A stretch of 64,000 nucleotides of DNA, from the NCBI GenBank assembly GCA_963793385.1, contig CAWCAF010000037.1:15075-79074 (forward strand), in the 5' to 3' direction. Below the pieces are notes generated by a model. That model saw nothing but the letters and a program-made list of their open reading frames with translations. It did no database searches and was not told where the DNA came from. The stretch is from an uncultured Acidimicrobiales bacterium. GTDB taxonomy: Bacteria; Actinomycetota; Acidimicrobiia; Acidimicrobiales; SZUA-35. A program made the position numbers and the translations under genes. This document shows, one piece after another, positions 34,435-42,745 of this stretch (position 1 is the stretch's first letter; each line of letters opens with the position of its first letter).

Positions 34435-35304
34435 GAGTGCTCCTCAGCTCCGCTGATGCAGTTCGGACCCTCGGCTTCCTGACCGGTTGTGTTGGTTCCG
34501 ATCGGCGGACCCTGGATGACCGTGCCGGTGTCGACGATCAGTTCGTTGCTCGCACTCACCTCCATCGGGAAGCGATCCATACCTCGGGGCGCCGGCCCAC
34601 CCTTCTTCTCTCCGACCCGGTTGTACTGGGACCCGTGGCAGGGACACTCGAACCATTGCGACGTCAAGCACTCCGGGACGCGGCACCCGAGGTGCGGGCA
34701 GGTCTGGTACAGCGCCGTGACGCCTGCTGCCAGGCCCTGTTCGACCTGGCCGAAGAAGCCGTACTGCGTCCTCGCTTTCTCCAGCGCTGCCGCGGGGTAC
34801 TCGGCGACCCACATCCGACCCTCGGGAACGTAGAGGAATCCACCACCGGCGATGATGCCAGCCCTGATATCCGGAAGGCGTCCCGACCGTGACCTTGGAG
34901 CCGAACCCGCTGACTCCCTGAGGCCAAAGGAATCCGATGGATGCCGCCCCGAACGCCGTGATACCAAGGCCGAACATGGCAAAGATCCCACGGTTCAGGA
35001 ACTGGCGGCGTGCGACGCCGACGGTCTCGGGGTCCGGCGGCACATACGGCACGGGGGGTTTGGTGTCGGCAGCCACCAGCGCCGCCCTGCCCCTCGCCGA
35101 TCCGAGGGCCTCCAGCTCCGAACCGGTAGCCGGCGCACTCGTGTCGACATCCGGCGTCGGCACCGTGACGGGTCGATCCCGCTTGACGGTTTCGCCGGAG
35201 AGCTGTCCGATGGCGGTCGTGGTGTCACGATTGCGAAGGGCCAGGCCCAGCGACGCCACAGCCAGCACGGCTACGACGATTGCTCCGATGATGATGGGAT
35301 CCAT
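34431..35304 (-). CDS. petC: Rieske iron-sulfur subunit of the Rieske/cytochrome b complex; frameshift near 34880
   Basis: CPHLGC and CPCHGSQY boxes, GPAPRGMDRF and an internal twin-arginine RRQFL-TM segment. Confidence 0.92.
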
Positions 35305-35317
35305 AGCTAGCTCCTTC

Positions 35318-36076
35318 CTAGAGCTCGAAGAACAGGCCGTCAGCCCACGGGAAAATGAAGTTGAATCCGGGGCCCCGGAAGAACGATCCGATCAAGACCA
35401 GAACCGCCCAGAACATCATGAAGATCGTGAAGATCGACACTGCAAACTTCCGGTCCTCGGGGCGGTTCGAGGGGTTCTTGTCGATGAATGGTGCGAGGAT
35501 CAGGACGATCAGCCCGATCCCGGGGATGGTCACACCGGCCACCATCGGGTGAAACATCGTGAGGAGTTCTTGTAGGCCGAGGAAGTACCACGGCGCTTTG
35601 GAGGGGTTCGGCGTCTGGTTCACGTTGGCCAGCTCGAGAAGCGGAGCGTTGACGAAGATCGAGAAGATCGTCAGGAACGCCGTGCAGAACAACGCGGCGC
35701 CGAACTCCACGACGATCAGGTGAGGCCACGTGTGGACCTTGTCCTGCGGCTTCATCTTGATGTCCTGAATCGAGCCGCTCTTCACCACGGTCAAAAGACG
35801 CTGGGTGTGGCCCTGAGGTCCTGACATCACCGGTAATCCACCCGTCACAGCGGCGGCTGCGACGGCGGTTGCCGCCGGTGCGACAGCGGTGGTGGTCCCG
35901 CCACCGCTGTCCTTGGACTTAGCGCTCTTGGAACGCTCGAGGAGGTGAGCGGGAATCTTGGACTCGCCTGCTGAACCGCCCGACGACGCCGGCGCGTCAT
36001 CACCGGAGGGCGAGGACTCGGCCTTCTTCTTCGCCTCGCTTGCCCGCTTGCGTAGATGCTCTGGAATCTCGGTCAT
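35318..36076 (-). CDS. petD: Cytochrome b C-terminal subunit (subunit IV/PetD-like) with low-complexity N-terminal extension
   Basis: TWPHLI, APLLELAN..TPNPSKAPWYFLGLQELL, PFIDKNPS..PEDRK and three TM helices. Confidence 0.88.
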   Translation of the reverse strand: MTEIPEHLRKRASEAKKKAESSPSGDDAPASSGGSAGESKIPAHLLERSKSAKSKDSGGGTTTAVAPAATAVAAAAVTGGLPVMSGPQGHTQRLLTVVKSGSIQDIKMKPQDKVHTWPHLIVVEFGAALFCTAFLTIFSIFVNAPLLELANVNQTPNPSKAPWYFLGLQELLTMFHPMVAGVTIPGIGLIVLILAPFIDKNPSNRPEDRKFAVSIFTIFMMFWAVLVLIGSFFRGPGFNFIFPWADGLFFEL

Positions 36077-36091
36077 CAGGGTGTCCCTTCT

Positions 36092-36883
36092 CTACAGCGG
36101 TCCGGAGATGCCGCCGTCCTTGCGCACCCGCCAGAAGTGGATCGCAAGGAAGATGACGGTGACGAATGGAAGGAGGAGGACGTGCAGCACGTACCAACGC
36201 AACAGCGTTTCACGGCCGATCACAGAACCGCCCAGGAGCACGAACCGGACCTCGTTGCCGAACACCGGCGTGTAGCCCATCATGTTTGTGCCGACGGTCA
36301 CAGCCCACAGCGCCAGCTGGTCCCAGGGAAGCAGGTAGCCGGTGAAGGACAGCAGGAGGGTGAACTGCAAGAGCATCACCCCGATCACCCAGTTGAACTC
36401 ACGAGGAGGTTTGTAAGCGCCGTGGTAGAAGACGCGGGCCATGTGGAGGAAGACCGACAGCACCATGAGGTGAGCACCCCACCGATGCATGTTCCGCACC
36501 AGGAGACCGAACGTGACCCCGGTCTGGAGGGTGGAGATGTCCTCCCACGCCGCGGCCGCGGTTGGGCGATAGAAGAACATCAAGAAGATGCCAGTGATCG
36601 TGAGGATGATGAACAGGAAGAAGCTGAGCCCGCCGAGGCACAGCGTGTAGCTCACCTTCACCGCATGTCGTTTCACCTTCACCGGGTGCAGGTGGTAGAG
36701 CACGCTGTTCATGATCACGTAGCTGCGGTTTCGAGGGCTGTCCGTGTAGCCCTTGCGGAAAACCGAACCGGGCCGGAAGATCGAGTTCCACGCCTGGCTC
36801 CCCTGGACCGCGCTCGTGGTCTGGCTTGCGAGATCACCCGCTCTCTCGGCGAGTGTGGGCTTGTCTTGGATCGATTTCGCCAT
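36092..36883 (-). CDS. petB: Cytochrome b6-like N-terminal subunit
   Basis: YTLCLGG, heme His pairs in HRWGAHLMVLSVFLH and LHVLLLPFVTVIFLAIH, GYLLPWDQLALWA, and C-terminal RKDGGISGPL. Confidence 0.93.
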   Translation of the reverse strand: MAKSIQDKPTLAERAGDLASQTTSAVQGSQAWNSIFRPGSVFRKGYTDSPRNRSYVIMNSVLYHLHPVKVKRHAVKVSYTLCLGGLSFFLFIILTITGIFLMFFYRPTAAAAWEDISTLQTGVTFGLLVRNMHRWGAHLMVLSVFLHMARVFYHGAYKPPREFNWVIGVMLLQFTLLLSFTGYLLPWDQLALWAVTVGTNMMGYTPVFGNEVRFVLLGGSVIGRETLLRWYVLHVLLLPFVTVIFLAIHFWRVRKDGGISGPL

Positions 36884-36918
36884 TGTTCGTTGGGACCTTC
36901 TCGTCAGGGATTTCTGGT

Positions 36919-37335
36919 TCAGGCGAGGCGCATGCCGTAGCCGTAGCCGTGGGAATTGGTTCGCTGGTTGTAATCGCCGTAGGGCGAAGGATCACTGATC
37001 TTTCCGAGGATGATGACACCGGTCGGGCACCGGTCGACGCACAGCGCACATCGGGTGCAAACATCGTCGTCGATGGTGAAGATGAATGCATCATTGGGGT
37101 CATCACCCGGTTTGACCGTTCCAAATGCTTCGGCGACAGCGCCGGTGGGCTGCATGTGGATGCACTTCCACGGGCAGATGTCGACACAACCCTCGCAGGC
37201 GATGCACTCGGACTGATCGATGTGGATGAACTGTTTGGGTTTGACGGCGCGAGCCAGATAGTCGGCATCGACCTCGACGAGCACGTAGTCATCGCGAAAG
37301 TCCGGAAGCGGCGGGTTGGCGTCCTGGAAACCCAT
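36919..37335 (-). CDS. 2x[4Fe-4S] ferredoxin-like protein
   Basis: CIACEGCVDICP and CTRCALCVDRCP; no signal peptide. Confidence 0.92.
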   Translation of the reverse strand: MGFQDANPPLPDFRDDYVLVEVDADYLARAVKPKQFIHIDQSECIACEGCVDICPWKCIHMQPTGAVAEAFGTVKPGDDPNDAFIFTIDDDVCTRCALCVDRCPTGVIILGKISDPSPYGDYNQRTNSHGYGYGMRLA

Positions 37336-37342
37336 CGATCCT

Positions 37343-37786
37343 TCAGCCCCGCTTCACCAGGGGTCGGCCGTAGCTGGAGGTCGGCACCACGTCGCTGCCC
37401 TTCTTGGCCTGACCACGGTTCTGCCAGTCGATGAACATCTTGACCATGATGCCAAGGCCGATGATATAGATGATCGCCGCGACGCTGTCCGAGACGGCGC
37501 GCAAGGTGATGTCGAACGGGAACCATCCGCCCTGGCTCTGGGGGACCATCAGGCCCCAGGCGTCGAAGATCCGGTCGGCCCGGAAACTCCATTCGTTCTC
37601 GGCGACGGTCAACCACTGATGGGGAACGACGCCGAAGATCATGAAGGTGAGGAAGAAGATGTACACCGAGCCGATCATCGCCTCGCCCCAGGTGACGGGA
37701 GTGCCGGTGGGACGGCGGGCGGCGTAGAGATACACCAGGCCCGCCAGGAAGATCGTGACGATGGTGGATGTTATGAGTGCAACCAT
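37343..37786 (-). CDS. Hypothetical three-TM membrane protein
   Basis: 147-aa ORF with GAGG RBS and three hydrophobic segments, 7 bp from the ferredoxin gene. Confidence 0.8.
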   Translation of the reverse strand: MVALITSTIVTIFLAGLVYLYAARRPTGTPVTWGEAMIGSVYIFFLTFMIFGVVPHQWLTVAENEWSFRADRIFDAWGLMVPQSQGGWFPFDITLRAVSDSVAAIIYIIGLGIMVKMFIDWQNRGQAKKGSDVVPTSSYGRPLVKRG

Positions 37787-37818
37787 GCGCTACCTCGACG
37801 ATTCGTGTCTCGTCGACA

Positions 37819-37848
37819 ATTCTAGAGACTTTGTGAATCTATGCACAA
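37819..37848 (-). promoter_or_regulatory. Putative SigA-type promoter (-35 TTGTGC, 18 bp spacer, -10 TAGAAT) overlapped by a Rex/CRP-like palindrome
   Basis: 37831-37848 reads TTGTGAA-TCTA-TGCACAA, one mismatch to the Rex consensus TTGTGAA-N4-TTCACAA. The minus-strand TAGAAT is at 37824-37819. Confidence 0.72.
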
Positions 37849-37885
37849 GCTATCGGATTGGGTGGTCGGGTGGAGAAATCGTAGG

Positions 37886-38740
37886 TCACTCGCTGGCGAC
37901 CTCTTCTGAGTCGGCGTGCGGACCCGGGCAGCTCTCCGGGTCCTCGGGGGCACCGGTGGCGCCCGGCGTGTACAGCGGATCGGCGCACGCCAGGAGGAAC
38001 TCGAGGTCGATCGGGCGGTCGGGGAGGACGCCCTCGGCCACTTCGCGCATGTGTTCCATCCACTCCTGGTAGGCCGGATCTGTGGTGTCTTCGCCACCGA
38101 GGGTCGCCCGCTCGTGGAACACGATCAGCTCGAGTTCGTTCTGTGTGATACCCGGATAGTTCGGCATCACGCCACGATTGCCGGCGACCCGTGCACCACC
38201 GGCACGATCCGGATCGCCGTACTGTTCACCGGTGATCGCAGCAGACCCCCGAGCGATGTGGACGATCTGATCGATCGGCGAGGGGAAGGTGGCATAGATC
38301 TCACCGTTGGAGAACTGGTAGCCGACGCCGCCACCACCGCCGACCCCGTGGCAACCCGCACACCCCTGCGAGCTGTACAACGCTGCCGATTCGATGAACA
38401 GGGGATCCTCGACCTCGGGCTGTTGCATCGTGCCGGCGAAGCTGTACGCCCAGAGAAGGGTCAAGGCCGGAATCGCCATCGCCCACATCGGCATCTTCTT
38501 GCGCTTCTTAGCCGCCTGCACGTAGGCCGGTTCCGGTTTCGGCGGTTCGGGGTCGGGGTCCCGCGGGACGACCGCGGCCGCCTCCCGGATCGCCGGCGGC
38601 TCGGCAGGTCCCGCCGCCTGGGCCGGAGCAACCGCGGTGCCCGGCTCCTTTGCCGCCTCACCTCCACCGTCGCCATCGGCGGGCTTCTTGCCGCGACGGG
38701 AAGCGGACCGCTTGAGCAGATGCTCGGGGATCTCAGTCAC
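37886..38740 (-). CDS. Membrane-anchored monoheme cytochrome c with cytoplasmic low-complexity N-terminus
   Basis: KKRKK followed by a TM helix (MPMWAMAIPALTLLWAYSF), then CAGCH and GVMPNY. Confidence 0.88.
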   Translation of the reverse strand: MTEIPEHLLKRSASRRGKKPADGDGGGEAAKEPGTAVAPAQAAGPAEPPAIREAAAVVPRDPDPEPPKPEPAYVQAAKKRKKMPMWAMAIPALTLLWAYSFAGTMQQPEVEDPLFIESAALYSSQGCAGCHGVGGGGGVGYQFSNGEIYATFPSPIDQIVHIARGSAAITGEQYGDPDRAGGARVAGNRGVMPNYPGITQNELELIVFHERATLGGEDTTDPAYQEWMEHMREVAEGVLPDRPIDLEFLLACADPLYTPGATGAPEDPESCPGPHADSEEVASE

Positions 38741-38747
38741 GGCCGAG

Positions 38748-38753
38748 AGTGTA
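38748..38753 (-). promoter_or_regulatory. Putative -10 hexamer TACACT (leaderless start of the cytochrome c gene)
   Basis: TANNNT 7 nt upstream of GTG 38740, no SD. Confidence 0.6.
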
Positions 38754-38827
38754 GAGGAATCGTCCCCTCAGGACCGACTCCGGAATCCGTGGGATTCGAT
38801 AGTGGTCCGAAGGGGCCGAGCATCTGA

Positions 38828-41153
38828 TCAGGAGCCTGTGCCGGTGAGGGCGATGAACCGCGGGGTTTGAGCAAGCTGGAGGACGAGATCTGTTCGCGAC
38901 GTGCCCGCTCGGAGATCGGCCAACCAGCGACGATGGTCGGTGCGATCGACCGGTGCGCTGCGGACGTTGCGGTGCACCAGATCGATGAACTGGCTGTCGT
39001 TGAGGTCCTCGTGGAGGGAGGAGAACTCGGCGGACGCAAGAAGTTCGGCGCCGACGCCGGCGATCGTCGATGGTGTGACCTGGCTCGTCCACCGCGCCAA
39101 CTCCGTCGGTGACGGACTGCGGCGGAGCACAGCGAGATGGACCCGCTCGATCGATCCTTCCAACGCGGATTGGGGTCCGACCGTGCCGGTGCTGCGAATG
39201 AATTCGGGGCTGTCCGAGAACCCGACCATGACACGGCCGCGTGAGAGACCCCTGCCGAGCTGGTCGATCCAGTAGCGGGCCCCAGCGGGGTCCGGATCCC
39301 GGCCGAGGACGTTGCGGTACACGAGGGCGATGAACGCCGTATCGTCGAGCCGACCGTAGGTGGTTCGGAATTCCGACGACGCCGCAAAGGAGTCGGCGAC
39401 CACCCCGATCGATCCGCTGCGGGATCGTACGCCGGTCCAGTACTCCATCCCGGCATCGTCGGGTCGCGCGCCCGAAATAGGCCGTGTAGAGACGACCGAG
39501 TTGGGCGTCGAGCGGCATAGCACGAACCCCCGAGGCCACGAGACCGGTCAACGGCGTCTCGAACCAGACCCCCGGGCCGATGTCGTTGGTCGCCCGGATG
39601 CGGAACCAGTAACGGCCTGGTTCGAGATCGAGGCGCACGTTCGACGATCCGGTCGTGATCGCGGGGGACCACTCCCGGGACGCCGCCGAGCGGTACTGGA
39701 CTTCGTAGGCGTCGACGGGAGAACCCGAACCAACCGGCGGCGACCATGCCAGCTCGACGCTGCCACCGGATCCGATATCGAACGCCTGCACGGGGTTGGG
39801 GTTCGCCGGCAATAGCACCGTCGTGTCCGCTGAACGGCCGGGCTCGGCATCGGAGCGCTCGGGCGTCACGCTAAGCCTATAGGTGATTCCGTTCTGCAGC
39901 CCGGTCAGACTCACCGCAAATGGCCCGGCGCCATCGATCTCGAGGGTTCGCCCCGGCGCCCCGGCGTCAGGCGACGACGCAGCGGTCGCGCTGGCGACGT
40001 AATGACTCGGAAATGCGTGGGGCAGCGACCAGTCTTCGCTCCACTGTGCGTCGACGACTGCAGGCCCGACGACGACCTGACCAAGGGAGGGCGTCACCAG
40101 CGGAACATCGAGCTCCCAACCGATCTGATCCAGCACACCGATGATGGGGGCATCGAGACGGCGTTGGACTTCGCCGTTCCTCAACGATGGGGTCATGAGC
40201 GCACCGGGTTCGGTCGACCCGAGGCTTTCGTCGAAGTGGCTGTACGACGATCCGTTGACGAACCTCGCCGGCGCCGACAGCGGCATCATCCGGCCCGAGC
40301 CGACATCGAATTCCAGCCCCTCCGATGTCAGAGCGCGGACCGCAGCGCTCTCGCCCATGCCGGTGAGCCGGTCACCGGCATCGTTTCGGACGAAGTCGTC
40401 GTAGATGGACGGCGGGTCATAATCAACGGACACGACCCCACGTCGGTCGACGGATGCAGAACCGAGGAAACCCAGTCCGTGACCGATCTCGTGCAACACC
40501 ACCGAATACAGGTCCACCTGACCGAAGCCGGGTCGACCCTCGGTGGAGATGTACCAATCGTCGCCGAGGCCGCTGTTGAGCTCGATCAGGATCTCGGGGT
40601 TGGCCGGACCATTGACATCGAAATCGGCCACCTGATTGGCGAGTGCCGCCGGATACCACCGATCGGTCGGGAACTGGTCAGCGTCCCTGTACTCCCCCTC
40701 GGTGCCTGCCTGTCCCAGCAGTCGGCCCCCCAGGTCCGTCCACATCACCGAGATCTCCACCGGAGCGCCGGGAGCGAGCTTCAGCACTCCGTCCCAGGCC
40801 GCGGCCGCCGCATCGACCACCTCCTGCACGGAGGCGGGGGCAGCGTTCTCGTAGGTGGTGGAGACTGCGCCCGCGACCCGGCGGCCGGTCACGGTCCGGT
40901 ACGAGCCGCCGACAGCCACCCGACGTGCGATCGCCATCTTGTCCCGTAGATTCGGCGTCAAGCCCACCTCGTCAGCTGAGACAGCAGCCGGTTCGGCGCC
41001 CTCGCGCAACTCGATCACGGCGGGGACAGAACGACGTCCGGCCGGAGGTTGATCGGGGTTTTCGACCTGCGCCGCCGACAGCTCCGGGACTCCCAGAAGG
41101 GCCGAGCAGAACACCAGAACCGCAGCGGCAGCTCGGGATCGGCGATTCGACAC
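38828..41153 (-). CDS. Secreted zincin-like metallopeptidase with FN3-like domains and DUF4214-like repeats; frameshift near 39470
   Basis: Signal peptide, VVLHEIGHGLGF, SSYSHFDE, FN3-like VELAWSPP...YEVQY...YWFRIRATN..G.G.W, and DUF4214-like RLYTAYFG...YRNVLGRDPD..GARYW. Confidence 0.78.
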
Positions 41154-41159
41154 CCGCAA

Positions 41160-41169
41160 AGCGTAGGCT
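41160..41169. promoter_or_regulatory. Putative bidirectional promoter with overlapping -10 hexamers TACGCT (-) and TAGGCT (+)
   Basis: AGCGTAGGCT lies in a 23-bp gap between divergent start codons at 41153 and 41177. Confidence 0.65.
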
Positions 41170-41176
41170 CGGTTTC

Positions 41177-42691
41177 ATGGAACTGTCATCTACCTTCGGG
41201 GCTTTATACGAAGCGGTAACAACGACGATGACAGCCCTCACGGAGAGCGACTCCGTGGGCCGAATCTGGGACGGAGACCACACTCTGTGGTCGCCGGATC
41301 CGACCGAGATCAGCGACCGCCTCGGTTGGCTGCATCTCCTCGACGAGATGGACGGAGCGGTCTCGGAGATGGAGATGTTCGCCGGCGGGGTGCGGGCCGA
41401 CGGCATCGAGCAGGTGGTCATCTGCGGGATGGGAGGGTCCTCCTTGTTTCCCGAAGTGCTCGCGACGACCTTTGCCGGCGAAGAGGGCCTGCCGCTGACG
41501 ATCCTCGACACGACCGATCCCGCCGCAATCGATCGGATTCTCTCGGACCGCAAGATCACCGAGACGCTGTTCGTCGCTGCCTCGAAGTCCGGGACGACCG
41601 TCGAAACGATCAGTCAACTCGAGACGTTCTGGGACCGGCTCCAACGCGGCGCCCAATTCACCGTCATCACCGATCCCGGTTCGGCGTTGATCGACGCGGC
41701 TGACCAGCGCGGGTTTCGCCGGGTCTTCCAGAACCGCCCCGACATCGGTGGCCGCTTTTCGGCCCTTTCGTACTTCGGTTTGTTACCCGGCGCTCTGGCG
41801 GGCGCACCCATCGCTCGGGTTCTCCGATCGGCCAGGGAGGTCGTCCCCGCTCTCCACAGGCCCGAGGATTCCAACCCCGGCGTGCTCCTCGGGGCGGCCA
41901 TGGCGGTCGCCTCCCGCAATGGACGCGACAAGACGACAATCCTCATCGACCCCAGGGCACAGCACCTGGGCGTCTGGCTCGAACAGTTGATCGCAGAATC
42001 GACCGGCAAACACGGTGCCGGCATCGTTCCGATCGTCGACGAACCCCCCGCCACCGCCGCCTACGGGAACGATCGCCTGTTCGTCATCATCGGTGATGCC
42101 CACGGCACCGACCAGATTCCCTCCGGCGCACCGACCATTCGACTACCGCTGAGCGAGAGTGCCGACATCGGGGCGCACGTACTGCTCTGGGAGTTCGCCA
42201 CCGCCGTCGCCGGAACCGTCCTCGGCGTCAACCCGTTCGATCAACCGAACGTCGCTGCCGCCAAAGCGGCGACCGACCGCATGCTCGCCGACGGGCTGCC
42301 CACCATCCCTCTGGTGCCGGTTCCATCGTTGCTGTCCGAGGTTCGAGTCGGCGACCTCGTCACGGTGTGCGCCTTCGTCGATCCGGCGTCGAATGCTGCC
42401 CATCGAGTAGAGCGGAAGATCCGCGAACTCGGCGCTCGCCTCGGGGTGGCGACCACGTTCGGTCTCGGACCCCGGTATCTCCATTCGACCGGCCAGTTGC
42501 ACAAGGGCAAGCCTTCGGGCGTCGTGGCGATCCAGATCGTGGGTGAGGACCGTACCGACGTCGTGATCCCCGGCCGACCGTTCACCTTCGGCCAACTCAA
42601 GGCAGCGCAGGCCGCCGGCGACTACCAGGCCCTGCAGGACGCCGGTGCACGCGTGGGACGGGTTGCACTCACCGAGTTCCTCGATTCCTGA
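41177..42691 (+). CDS. pgi: Glucose-6-phosphate isomerase (resembles the PGI half of Tal-Pgi proteins)
   Basis: RLGWL, CGMGGSSL, ASKSGTTVET, IGGRFSALSYFGL, EQLIAESTGKHG, NPFDQPNV and HSTGQLHKG. Confidence 0.9.
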   Translation: MELSSTFGALYEAVTTTMTALTESDSVGRIWDGDHTLWSPDPTEISDRLGWLHLLDEMDGAVSEMEMFAGGVRADGIEQVVICGMGGSSLFPEVLATTFAGEEGLPLTILDTTDPAAIDRILSDRKITETLFVAASKSGTTVETISQLETFWDRLQRGAQFTVITDPGSALIDAADQRGFRRVFQNRPDIGGRFSALSYFGLLPGALAGAPIARVLRSAREVVPALHRPEDSNPGVLLGAAMAVASRNGRDKTTILIDPRAQHLGVWLEQLIAESTGKHGAGIVPIVDEPPATAAYGNDRLFVIIGDAHGTDQIPSGAPTIRLPLSESADIGAHVLLWEFATAVAGTVLGVNPFDQPNVAAAKAATDRMLADGLPTIPLVPVPSLLSEVRVGDLVTVCAFVDPASNAAHRVERKIRELGARLGVATTFGLGPRYLHSTGQLHKGKPSGVVAIQIVGEDRTDVVIPGRPFTFGQLKAAQAAGDYQALQDAGARVGRVALTEFLDS

Positions 42692-42745
42692 CATCGGCTC
42701 CCCGAGACGGAGCGGGCAGGACCACACACGGCGCCGCCGCCGGCC

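Noticed and set aside
40643-41176. N-terminal extension of pgi as a transaldolase fusion
   Set aside because: The upstream in-frame region is antisense to the peptidase gene and has no transaldolase motifs.
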